From Macrostomum lignano (lineage: Eukaryota), in assembly GCA_002269645.1 (NCBI GenBank), contig NIVC01001347.1, positions 62,001 to 126,000 of the forward strand: a stretch of DNA of 64,000 bases, written 5' to 3'. Of this stretch, positions 31,301 through 42,954 are shown one piece after another. The notes beneath the pieces are model-generated. The model did not search any database. It saw only the letters and a program-made list of their open reading frames with translations, and was not told the DNA's origin. The position numbers and the translations under genes were made by a program. The stretch's first letter is position 1. Each line of letters begins with the position of its first letter.

Positions 31301-34300
31301 CAAACTTAAATCTCGAGTCGCGACACTGAAATCGAGACTGTTCGGAACAAATTAGGACAAGAATTAAAAAACTTGAAAAAGGTAACTACAGTTACTCACC
31401 ATCCTAGTAACCATGACAACCTTTGGCCCCAGAGTTTGATGAATCAAATAGAACTGCATAAATCGAATGTAGAACATGGTTAGCGTCAGCGCGTAAGTCA
31501 TGCGGACCCACACGAAGTATTCTTCCGTAACGAATACCCGAACCAGGATGCAGGAGATCATCATGAGATTGAGCACCAGGTCGAACACGTCCCAAGCGTG
31601 TGCGAACCAGTCCTTCAGCTTTTCCAGCGCGCTCACCTTGTTTCGGTCGAATATTTGGCGAATTTCTTCGGCAATGAGGCTCACCATCCAGCCTGAAATA
31701 TCAAACGATTTCCTTAATGCAAGATTTGGGAGCAGAGATTTCTCCAACCCCCCTCCCAGGATCATTGTACATTGATGATAAGAGGACAGAGATTTTTCCA
31801 ATCCCACTCTCAGGATCATTGTACATTGATGATAAGAGGACAGAAATTTCCCCAACCCCACTCCCAAGATCAGTGTACATTGATGATAAGAGGGCAGATT
31901 TCTTAAAACCCACTCACAGGATCAGTGTACATTGATGATAAGAGGGCAGAGATTTCTCCAACCCCACTCTCAGGATCAGTGTACATTGATGATAAGAGGG
32001 CAGATTTCTTAAAACCCACTCCCAGGATCAGTGTACATTGATGATAAGAGGGCAGATTTCTTAAAACCCACTCCCAGGATCAGTGTACATTGATGATAAG
32101 AGGGCAGAGATTTCTCCAACCCCACTCTCAGGATCAGTGTACATTGATGATAAGAGGGCAGATTTCTTAAAACCCACTCCCAGGATCAGTGTACATTGAT
32201 GATAAGAGGGCAGAGATTTCTCCAACCCCACTCTCAGGATCAGTGTACATTGATGATAAGAGGGCAGATTTCTTAAAACCCACTCCCAGGATCAGTGTAC
32301 ATTGATGATAAGAGGGCAGATTTCTTAAAACCCACTCCCAGGATCAGTGTACATTGATGATAAGAGGGCAGAGATTTCTCCAACCCCACTCTCAGGATCA
32401 GTGTACATTGATGATAAGAAGGCAGATTTCTTAAAGGCCACTCCCAGGATCAGTGTACATTGATTATAAGAAGGCAGATTTCTTAAAGGCCACTCCCAGG
32501 ATCAGTGTACATTGATGATAAGAGGGCAGATTTCTTAAAGGCCACTCCCAGGATCAGTGTACATTGATTGTAAGAAGGCAGATTTCTTAAAGGCCACTCC
32601 CAGGATCAGTGTACATTGATTATAAGAAGGCAGATTTCTTAAAGGCCACTCCCAGGATCAGTGTACATTGATTATAAGAAGGCAGATTTCTTAAAGGCCA
32701 CTCCCAGGATCAGTGTACATTGATTATAAGAAGGCAGATTTCTTAAAGGCCACTCCCAGGATCAGTGTACATTGATTATAAGAAGGCAGATTTCTTAAAG
32801 GCCACTCCCAGGATCAGTGTACATTGATTATAAGAAGGCAGATTTCTTAAAGGCCACTCCCAGGATCAGTGTACATTGATTATAAGAAGGCAGATTTCTT
32901 AAAGGCCACTCCCAGGATCAGTGTACATTGATTATAAGAAGGCAGATTTCTTAAAGGCCACTCCCAGGATCAGTGTACATTGATTATAAGAAGGCAGATT
33001 TCTTAAAGGCCACTCCCAGGATCAGTGTACATTGATTATAAGAAGGCAGATTTCTTAAAGGCCACTCCCAGGATCAGTGTACATTGATTATAAGAAGGCA
33101 GATTTCTTAAAGGCCACTCCCAGGATCAGTGTACATTGATTATAAGAAGGCAGATTTCTTAAAGGCCACTCCCAGGATCAGTGTACATTGATTATAAGAA
33201 GGCAGATTTCTTAAAGGCCACTCCCAGGATCAGTGTACATTGATGGTTTTAGATTTCTTCCCCATCAGGCCCGGCTTCGTTCCAGTTTCAAAAATGAAAT
33301 TACTGACCAATCAGTACGAATTCTAGCACACTGGGCTGCGGCTCCTCCTCCGTGGCCTCGTTCGGGTGCTTCAGCGTCACCAGGGTCACAAAGGAGAACA
33401 GCAGCAGAAAGACAACGGCTGAGGCCACGGTGCTGATAAACTTCACCTGCGGTGACGTGTAGAACATGAACACGCACTGAAGGAAAGACGGGTTTTGAAT
33501 GTGCCCGCCACTGGACACCTGCTGCTGCTGTTGCGACTTGCGCAGAGACGGCGTGGCGCCTTGCTGCTTTTGCTGCTGCTGCTGCTGCTGCTGATGTCTA
33601 TCAAATGACTGCCGAGTAGACACAGTCTTCGGCTGCACCGATGAGCGCTTCATCTGTACAGTAGGAGTTCGAATAAAGGGCTTGAGAATAGTCGATTCAC
33701 TCAGTGAGCTGCAGTCCGCTGCTCTTTTTCACTCCCACTACTCCCTCTCCAGTCCTCCTATTCCCCCTCCAGTCCCGCTACTCCCCCTCCAGTCCCGCTA
33801 CTCCCCCTCCAGTCCCGCTACTCTCCCTCCAGTCCCGCTACTCCCCCTCCAGTCCCGCTACTCCCCTCCAGTCCCGCTACTCCCCCTCCAGTCCCGCTAC
33901 TCCCCCTCCAGTCCTGCTACCCTGCCTCCAGTCCCGCTACCCTCCCTCCAGTCCCGCTACTCCCCCTCTAGTCCCGCTACTCCCCTCCAGTCCCGCTACC
34001 CTGTCTCCAGTCCCGCTACTCCCCTCCAGTCCCGCTACCCTCCCTCCAGTTCCGCTACTCCCCCTCCAGTCTCGCTACCCCCCCTCCAGTCCCGCTACCC
34101 TCCCTCCAGTCCCGCTACCCCCCTCCAGTCCCGCTACCCTCCCTCCAGTCCCGCTACCCCCCCCCCTCCAGTCCCGCTACCCTCCCTCCAGTCCCGCGTC
34201 CACGTGACCCGATCTTTGAGCATTGCAGTACTCACTCTGACACTCGAATGCCTGTCGCTTCCGGCACCGGTGGACTCGCCAGCAGGCGGGCTGGTCAGCA

Positions 34301-37300
34301 GCCACTTGTCAAAGATGAGCGCAGGTATGAGCATGGGTAGCAGCATGCAAATCAGGGTGCGCCACAGAGGCAGGTAGGTCTTGCTGCCAGCAATCCAGAT
34401 GTCGCTGATTTTGGTCTGCACAGCCTGCTGGGACATGAACTCCATGCACTCGCCTTGGTCGGCCAGAGTTAGCAGGGTCTGGCCGTCCCAGACTGGCAAC
34501 CGGCGGACCAGAGTGTCCAGCGTTTTCTGCTTGTCCTGCGCGTAGCATGTGGCCAGAACTCCCGCAGCCAGGCCTTCGAAACTGTCGGCAGCGGCGCCGA
34601 GCTGGGCGCTGGCCTCTAGGGAGCCTTCGGACTCGGCTAGGGACTTCATGTTGCGCAACATCATGGCGGACACCAGAGCGCTGGCGATGGTGTCGCTGGT
34701 CTGCGGGTGGGGGGGGGTCACGTGGTGCGGTAGCCTTTGATTAGTCTTCTGGTTGGCGGACTAGCCTCTCCTGACTTCAGGACTTCAGGACCCACTGATA
34801 CGCTTCCATCCAAGACTTCAGGACTCTCTGATGCACACTTCCATCCAAGACCTCTCCTGACTTCAGGACTCTCTGATGCACTTCCATCCAAGACTGCAGG
34901 CTCTCTGATGCACACTTCCATCCAAGATTTCAGGACTCTCTGATGCACTTCCATCCAAGACTTCAGGACTCTCTGATGCACTTCCATCCAAGACTTCAGG
35001 ACTCTCTGATGCGCTTCCATCCAAGACTGCAGGCTCTCTGATGCACTTCCATCCAAGATTTCACGACCCTCTGATGCACTTCCACCCAAGACTTCAGGAC
35101 TCTTTTCCATTGAAAGTCTTCAGAACACTCACTCAGTCCCTTCGGCTGGCACCCACCCATTAGTTAGTGTTTCCGAGTGGTCTCAAGTCTTTAGCCTTCT
35201 CCCAAAGCAAATTATTATTCGCCTCACCTGTCGCCAGATAATCCTGGCCATGTCAGTGCGCTGCACCACAATAGACCAGATCAGCAGGTCCTCAGCTTGG
35301 TAGGAGCTCCTGTCCCGGCGCGGGTACGGACTGCGCAGCACCCCGCCAGACTTGGCCGACACGTACAGCCCGACGGCGCGCAGGAGGCGTTCCTGGTAAG
35401 CCGTCTGGCTCTCGTTGTGCGTGGCGTAGCCGACTGTCTTGGACTCGGTCATCAGCCAGCTGGACAGGGGGCTCTGATGGGTTGCGGGAACAGTTGCTTT
35501 TCTGCTAGCCTTGCCCTCAAAGACTACCCCGGAAACGCCCACAGTACACTTACGCTCAGGTAGTCCAGCTGCTCTCTCAGACGCATCATTTGTGGATCCG
35601 GCTTGTTGATCAGCTGAAGTTTGACGATGGTGAAATTTGACAGTAAATTGCTTTTTGTAATGTAATTTACTCGTTTTTACTGAGGTGGGTGATGAAACAG
35701 GGTAGGTGATGAAACAGTGAGGTGGGTGATGAAACAGTGAGGTGGGTGATGAAACAGTGAGGTGGGTGATGAAACAGTGAGGTGGGTGATGAAACAGTGA
35801 GGTGGGTGATGAAACAGTGAGGTGGGTGATGAAACAGTGAGGTGGGTGATGAAACAGTGAGGTGGGTGATGAAACAGTGAGGTGGGTGATGAAACAGTGA
35901 GGTGGGTGATGAAACAGTGAGGTGGGTGATGAAACAGTGAGGTGGGTGATGAAACAGTGAGGTGGATGATGAAACAATGAGGTGGGTGATGAAACAGTGA
36001 GGTAGGTGATGAAACAGTGAGGTGGGTGATGAAACAGTGAGGTAGGTGATGAAACAGTGAGGTGGGTGATGAAACAGTGAGGTGGGTGATGAAACAGTGA
36101 GGTGGGTGATGAAACAGTGAGGTGGGTGATGAAACAGTGAGGTGGGTGACGAAACAGGGTAGGTGATGAAACAGTGAGGTGGGTGATGAAACAGTGAGGT
36201 GGGTGATGAAACAGTGAGGTGGATGATGAAACAGTGAGGTGGGTGATGAAACAGTGAGGTGGGTGATGAAACAGTGAGGTGGGTGATGAAACAGTGAGGT
36301 GGGTGATGAAACAGTGAGGTGGGTGATGAAACAGTGATGTGGGTGATGAAACAGTGAGGTGGGTGATGAAACAGTGAGGTGGGTGATGAAACAGTGAGGT
36401 GGGTGATGAAACAGTGAGGTGGGTGATGAAACAGTGAGGTGGGTGATGAAACAGTGAGGTGGGTGATGAAACAGTGAGGTGGGTGATGAAACAGTGAGGT
36501 GGATACTATGCTTCATCATGCTTCTCCCCCTTCCGCACCGAGCTGTAGAGGCCGGCCAGCGTCTCCAGGTTCAGCAGGGTGCCAATGTTGATTCCGTGGT
36601 CGAACAGCAGAGACACGAACTCCGTCTGGTTGCGCGCCAGAGCCCGCAGCATGCTGTATTCGAGGTCTCGGCCAGTCAGCTGCTCCCACTTGGCCTTCCG
36701 TTCTGACGAGAAAATTTCCTGCGCGGCCAGGTCGGGCCGGTTCCAGGCCATGGCCAGGTTCAGCTGGGTCACCACGCTCAGCGAGGTCTGGCGAAGGAAG
36801 GTCGTGAGGATGACTCGGTCCAGCTGCTCGTTGGGGTCCATGGACTCGGCGTCGTAGACGTTCAGCATGCGCTGATAGGCGGGCTCGGCCAGCTTCATCA
36901 GCCAGTCCACCAGGCTGCGCATCTCGCTGGAGTCGGGCTCGAATTCCGAGGAGAAGTGCTCCTCCGTTATGGCCTCGATCTCGTACCTGGGTGGGCGCAG
37001 CGATGATGGAGCTGGATAGAGGGATCTTTATAATGGGATCTGATAGTGGGATCCAGATAAGTAGGATCTGGATATGTTGGATCAGGATAGTGGGATCTGG
37101 TTAGTGGGATCTGGTTAGTGGGATCTGGATAGTGGGATCTGGATAGTGGGATCTGGATAGTGGGATCAGTATAGTGAGATCAGGATAGTGAGATCAGGAT
37201 AGTGGGATCTGGTTAGTGGGATCTGGATAGTGGGATCTGGATAGTGGCATCTGGATAGTGGGATCTGGATAGTGGCATCTGGATAGTGGGATCTGGATAG

Positions 37301-40300
37301 TGGCATCTGGATAGTGGCATCTGGATAGTGGCATCTGGATAGTGGCATCTGGATAGTGGCATCTGGATAGTGGCATCTGGATAGTGGCATCTGGATAGTG
37401 GCATCTGGATAGTGGCATCTGGATAGTGGCATCTGGATAGTGGCATCTGGATAGTGGTATCTGGATAAGTCGGATCTGGATAGTGGGATCTGAGTGTTGA
37501 TGATTCAGGCTAAGTTCAAGAAGTGCTCCCGTACCTCTCGAGCTCCGTGTTCTCGCAGATGTAGGCGATGACGTTGGCAGCTCGGCCGGAGCCCTTGACA
37601 ACCACGACCGGCGAGCCGGTCTCGACGCTCACCAACGCCGCTTGCACGTCCTTGCGGCCGCCCTCGATGATGAGGTGCACGCACGGCGTCACGGAGCGCA
37701 GGTCGCTGCCGTCGCCGCGGCTTCGCCGTCGAACCATCTGCTCAGCAACTTTCTTCTCGAAGCTGGCCCGGAAGTCGATCTCGGCGCCGAACATGGACTC
37801 GGTGCCGTCGTCGCACAGCAGGAAGTGGGTGTGGTGCGGCTCCAGCACCGCCTGGCCCTTCACCGGCGCGGTGTTGTCGGGGTTTCGGTAGGTGGACACT
37901 GGCAGGTCGTCTTCGAGACTCTGCGCGCGGCGTTTGGAGGATTTGGGAGGTGCACCTTTGCAAGCTCGAAATTTCACACTGGGCTGAGGAAGTTTCGAGC
38001 TTGAGGAAGTTTCGAGCTTTAGGAAGTTTCGAGCTTGAGGAAGTTTCGAGCTTGAGGAAGTTTCGAGCTTGAGGAAGTTTCGAGCTTTAGGAAGTTTCGA
38101 GCTTGAGGAAGTTTCGAGCTTGAGGAAGTTTCGAGCTTGAGGAATTTTCGAGCTTTAGGAAGTTTCGAGCTTGAGGAATTTTCTAGCTTTAGGAAGTTTC
38201 GAGCTTGAGAAATTTTCGAGCTTTAGGAAGTTTCGAGCTTGAGGAAGTTTCGAGCTTGAGGAAGTTTCGAGCTTGAGGAAGTTTCGAGCTTGAGGAAGTT
38301 TCGAGCTTGAGGAAGTTTCGAGCTTGAGGAAGTTTCGAGCTTGAGGAAGTTTCGAGCTTGAGGAAGTTTCGAGCTTGAGGAAGTTTCGAGCTTGAGGAAT
38401 TTTCGAGCTTGAGGAAGTTTCGAGCTTGAGGAAGTTTCGAGCTTGAGGAAGTTTCGAGCTTGAGGAAGTTTCGAGCACTCTTCAATCTCAATCTCATTCT
38501 ATGAAATGGTCAAGTTTACTTAAATTCACTGCTAAGCACGCCGCATAAATACCTTGTCCTCGCTGACCAGCAGACACTCTTTGTCGCGCACGGAGCCCCA
38601 AGGACAGACGCCGATGAGCACAACGTCTCGCTCGCTGCCGCCAGCCAGTTGGTAGTCGCGAATCGCTTCTCCGACAAGCTTGTTTGTGCCAAGGTTGAAA
38701 CCTCCAGTCACGATCCACGTCTCTGTTCGGGGAGAGGAGAGGTGAGGGGTTTTTCTCTGGTTTATGCCTTCGGTCAAGGACTTTGGTCTCAGCTCAGTCG
38801 CTGATTGACCAGCCAGAACCAGCACAACTGTCTCGTGTCTGTCTTACCCTGGCTGGCCGCTGATTGGCTAGCCAGAACCAGCACAACTGTCTCGTGTCTG
38901 TCTTACCCTGGCTGGCCGCTGATTGGCTAGCCAGAACCAGCACAACTGTCTGTCTTACCCTGGCTGGCCGCTGATTGGCTAGCCATAACCAGCACAACTG
39001 TCTGTCCTACCCTGGCTGGCCGCTGATTGACCAGCCAGAAACAGCTCAATTGTCTGTCTTACCCTGGCTGGACGCTGATTGGCTAGCCAGAACCAGCACA
39101 ACTGTCTGTCTTGCCCTGGCTGGACGCTGATTGGCTAGGTCCTGTTTTACTATTTATTTCCCGTTTTTAAACACCGCAATCAGCTTTAAGTGATTCTTAT
39201 CCAGGAAAAGCTTGTATTCGTGAAATCTTAATAAACGCATAGTTCTGACGAGAGCAGCACTCACTAGTTTTCGTGGCGATATTGATAATGCCCTGGCGCA
39301 GCTTCTTAATAATCTTGTCCGACATCGGTCGCATCTTCTTGGCACCGCCGGTGACGCTGACGATGAGCTCCGGCTCGGGGATGCGCCAGGTTTTAGTCAG
39401 CAGCTTCCACAGCAGGTTGGGCCTTGAATTCAGGCAGTCCAGCCGGATGTACTTGGCGTTCTGGCCAAGCCGAGTGAATTCGAAGTTCTCGAAGCGCAAC
39501 ACTCCGTAGGCGTCAGTTCGAGCCGTCGCCGTGCAACCGTCCACTGTCCAGCGCTTCGGCATTCGGGCTGTCCGAGACAGAGTGTCCGCTCTGGCGTCGG
39601 TGATGTCGGTGACGGCGGCTGCGGCGGCCGCTTTGGAGGCATGCCAGGCTGCCGAGCGATTGCAGCAGCAGATTCTGGGACTGCGCGGGGTAGGAGAGAC
39701 TTTTCTGGGACTTCAGTGAAGGACTTATCTGGGACTTCAGTGAGGGACTTATCTGGGACTTCAGTGATTGACTTATCTGGGACTGCGCGGGGTAGGAGAG
39801 ACTTTTCTGGGACTTCAGTGAAGGACTTATCTGGGACTTCAGTGAGGGACTTATCGGGAAATTCGGTGAGGCACTTATCTGGGACATTAATAATTTTTTA
39901 TCTCGAACTTGAATCAGAAAGCGGGACTGGGACTGATGGGTGATGTAAATTGACAGCAAGGATTAATACATGTAATTGTCTCACCTGTTCGCTCGCGGCA
40001 CAAACTGGAAGCACTCTCTTTTCTGGAAACTGCTGTAGATGTCCCTCTCGGGCTCAGTGACCATGGAGTGCATCTGCGGAGCGGGGCAAAATACTTGATA
40101 TAAAGGGTTTTTATGGAAAATCCGCGGAACTTCCACGAGTATAGTAGGAGCAGACGAAGTGGATGTGTAGTTTTTAAAGATGCCTTCCCTTCAAATTGGC
40201 TTGGTCTCAGGGGGAGGCTGGGCACTGCCTAAAATCAAGGCAACAGTCAGCACCCATAGTGTACTCCTTGGGCAATGGGACATCATGTGCGTACGATTGA

Positions 40301-40382
40301 AACTTACTGCCAGCCCGTTGGGCAAGCCGTCGCCTTCATCCTCATAATCTGAGAAGTCTCCATACTCCGAGCCAGAATCCAT
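28382..40382 (-). CDS. TRPM: TRPM-family cation channel, about 1352 aa, no C-terminal kinase or NUDT9-H domain
   Basis: Exons (high to low): 40382-40308 (tentative first), 40073-39985, 39680-39265, 38722-38553, 37920-37535, 36986-36539, 35473-35228, 34700-34236, 33653-33308, 31692-31400, 30468-29913, 29532-29304, 28721-28382; phases are consistent throughout. Motifs: FQKREC, CCC, VSVTGGA, WIVTGG, HTHFLLCDDG, LAMAWNRPDLA, EDLLIWS, EEIRQ, LGPKV, PYWQMYGEL, LLNLLIAMF, TRP box WAYSRY, coiled coil. Subfamily not resolved. Confidence 0.92.
28925..29290. repeat. About 31-bp minisatellite
   Basis: gggatca(a/g)cagccaggagatccgggatc(a/c)at. Confidence 0.92.
29610..29868 (+). mobile_element. tRNA-derived SINE family A
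   Basis: A-box-like tagcctactagttagagcg, B-box-like ggttcgatttcc, CORE-like segment, 3' tail truncated; lies in a TRPM intron. Confidence 0.82.
30650..31320. repeat. 19-bp minisatellite
   Basis: aaatcccgagtcc(aa/cg)actt. Confidence 0.95.
31725..33244. repeat. About 52-bp minisatellite
   Basis: ggatcagtgtacattgattataagaaggcagatttcttaaaggccactccca, with a gradient of variants. Confidence 0.96.
33735..34197. repeat. About 20-bp C-rich minisatellite
   Basis: cagtcccgctactccccctc. Confidence 0.94.
34770..35103. repeat. About 33-bp minisatellite
   Basis: ccatccaagacttcaggactctctgatgcactt. Confidence 0.92.
35683..36502. repeat. 20-bp minisatellite
   Basis: gggtgatgaaacagtgaggt. Confidence 0.96.
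37030..37491. repeat. 14-bp minisatellite
   Basis: atctggatagtgg(c/g). Confidence 0.95.
37987..38475. repeat. 17-bp minisatellite
   Basis: gaggaagtttcgagctt. Confidence 0.96.
38798..39137. repeat. About 52-57-bp minisatellite
   Basis: ctgattggctagccagaaccagcacaactgtctgtcttaccctggctggccg. Confidence 0.92.
39675..39885. repeat. About 22-bp repeats with a duplicated TRPM splice acceptor
   Basis: ctgggacttcagtga.ggacttat; gggactgcgcggggtaggagagac occurs twice, about 102 bp apart. Confidence 0.85.
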
Positions 40383-40914
40383 CAACTCAGACAGGTAGCT
40401 TTTACAAATAATTATAAGTTTTCGACTGCCACTCACTGAGCAGTAAAGACACTGTTGCTTTCGATAGTGAGCTCTGAGCTTGCCTGAGAAAATAAAACAA
40501 AAAATACCAACTTCGTGGACGGCAATAGATAGCTGAAGGGCCCAGTCAGATAAGGCTCGGTAAAAACTGCACAAATCGCGGGGTCAAAAACAGCTAGCAC
40601 TTGAGCACTGCTCAAATTCTGTACATGCCATGCTAATAGTCGGAACGGCAACTGGCATGCATGCCATTAATTCTGCTAAGGCGATATCTCAAACATACGG
40701 CTGGGCGTGCGCTGTTGCCACGGGTAACGGGGACTCAGATTGACTGCGCGCAATAACTGCTCATAATTTCTAGTACAGATGCTTCTCAGAATATATTTGG
40801 CTCTCAGTACGGCATGCTCGATGTGGGTGGCATTCTAAAATATCAGAAACAGCTCAACTGAACCGTATGGTCCGAATTTTTCGCTCAAACTATACTTCAA
40901 CGCATCGCCCATAG

Positions 40915-42436
40915 GCGAATGCTGTGTAGATTTGCTGGCCAGAGACCAATGCTGTGTAAATAACCAGGCCATAGTAATGATGTGTAGATATGCTGGCCAG
41001 AGACCAATGCTGTGTAAATAACCAGGCCATAGTAATGCTGTGTAGATATGCTGGCCAGAGACCAATGCTGTGTAAATAACCAGGCCATAGTAATGCTGTG
41101 TAGATATGCTGGCCAGAGACCAATGCTGTGTAAATAACCAGGCCATAGTAATGCTGTGTAGATATGCTGGCCAGAGACCAATGCTGTGTAAATAACCAGG
41201 CCATAGTAATGCTGTGTAGATATGCTGGCCAGAGACCAATGCTGTGTAAATAACCAGGCCATAGTAATGCTGTGTAGATATGCTGGCCAGAGACCAATGC
41301 TATGTAGATATGCTGGCCATATAGACCAATGCTGTGTAGATATGCTGGCCATATAGACCAATGCTGTGTAGATATGCTGGCCATTTACTGATGCTTCGCA
41401 GTTAGCCTGGCCATAGGCTAATGCTATGTAGTTAGCCTGGCCATAGGCTAATGCTATGTAGTTAGCCTGGCCATAGGCTAATGCTATGTAGTTAGCCTGG
41501 CCATAGGCTAATGCTATGTAGATAGCCATGCCATAGACTATTGCTGTTTAGATAGCCATGCCATAGACTATTGCTGTTTAGATAGCCATGCCATAGACTA
41601 TTGCTGTTTAGATAGCCATGCCATAGACTATTGCTGTTTAGATAGCCATGCCATAGACTAATGCTGTGTAGATAGCCATGCCATAGACTATTGCTGTTTA
41701 GATAGCCATGCCATAGACTATTGCTGTTTAGATAGCCATGCCATAGACTATTGCTGTTTAGATAGCCATGCCATAGACTAATGCTGTGTAGATAGCCATG
41801 CCATAGACTAATGCTGTGTAGATAGCCATGCCATAGACTATTGCTGTTTAGATAGCCATGCCATGGACTAATGCTGTGTAGATAGCCTGGCCATAGACTA
41901 ATGCTGTGTAGATAGCCATGCCATAGACTATTGCTGTTTAGATAGCCATGCCATAGACTATTGCTGTTTAGATAGCCATGCCATAGACTAATGCTGTGTA
42001 GATAGCCATGCCATAGACTATTGCTGTTTAGATAGCCATGCCATAGACTATTGCTGTTTAGATAGCCATGCCATAGACTATTGCTGTTTAGATAGCCATG
42101 CCATGGACTAATGCTGTGTAGATAGCCTGGCCATAGACTAATGCTGTGTAGATAGCCTGGCCATAGACTATTGCTGTTTAGATAGCCATGCCATGGACTA
42201 ATGCTGTGTAGATAGCCTGGCCATAGACTAATGCTGTGTAGATAGCCTGGCCATAGACTAATGCTGTGTAGATAGCCTGGCCATAGACTAATGCTGTGTA
42301 GATAGCCTGGCCATAGACTAATGCTGTGTAGATAGCCTGGCCATAGACTAATGCTGTGTAGATAGCCTGGCCATAGACTAATGCTGTGTAGATAGCCTGG
42401 CCATAGACTAATGCTGTGTAGATAGCCTGGCCATAG
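40915..42436. repeat. Compound 58-bp (29+29) and 30-bp minisatellite
   Basis: atgctgtgtagatatgctggccagagacca..., then gatagcc(a/t)(t/g)gccatagacta(t/a)tgctgt(t/g)ta. Confidence 0.95.
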
Positions 42437-42954
42437 CAAATACAAAAACAAAATCTACTTTAACATTCAAATGCCAACACAGTAATGGCGATGTCATAAA
42501 ATCAACGGTCTATCATAGAATCATATAGTTAATAAGCAATCTATTTTGAAAAGAGTTGGCCATCAATTTTATCTGCAGAATACCGAATAAGTCAACAATA
42601 ATTGCGGGCCTGCAATTTTGATGTATTACAAACGGGATTACCTGAACAAAGACGGCGACAAAAGACAGTATAATTACGGCGACAGAAAAGTGTAATAAAA
42701 TTAAAAATCCGAGGCAAATTTAAATGAATAGACAATGAGGCGTTTAAAAATCTTGAATAATGCATTTAGCGACCTATATAACAGATTAGGCATGTAGAAC
42801 GCGGGAAACCTCTTTGTTAAATAGAAGATAAACACATACACGGACGCAGACACGGACATTTCACTCATAAATTGTTGATTTGACTTGAAACTAAATACAG
42901 TGTAATACAATTATAATATGCTAAGCAGTCACATTCGGTGTAGTAGAGAGCTAA

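Noticed and set aside
37961-38003. 15-bp hairpin apparently masking a TRPM splice acceptor at 37979
   Set aside because: That AG gives the wrong phase after the phase-0 donor at 38552. The in-frame acceptor is at 37921, so the hairpin is wholly intronic.
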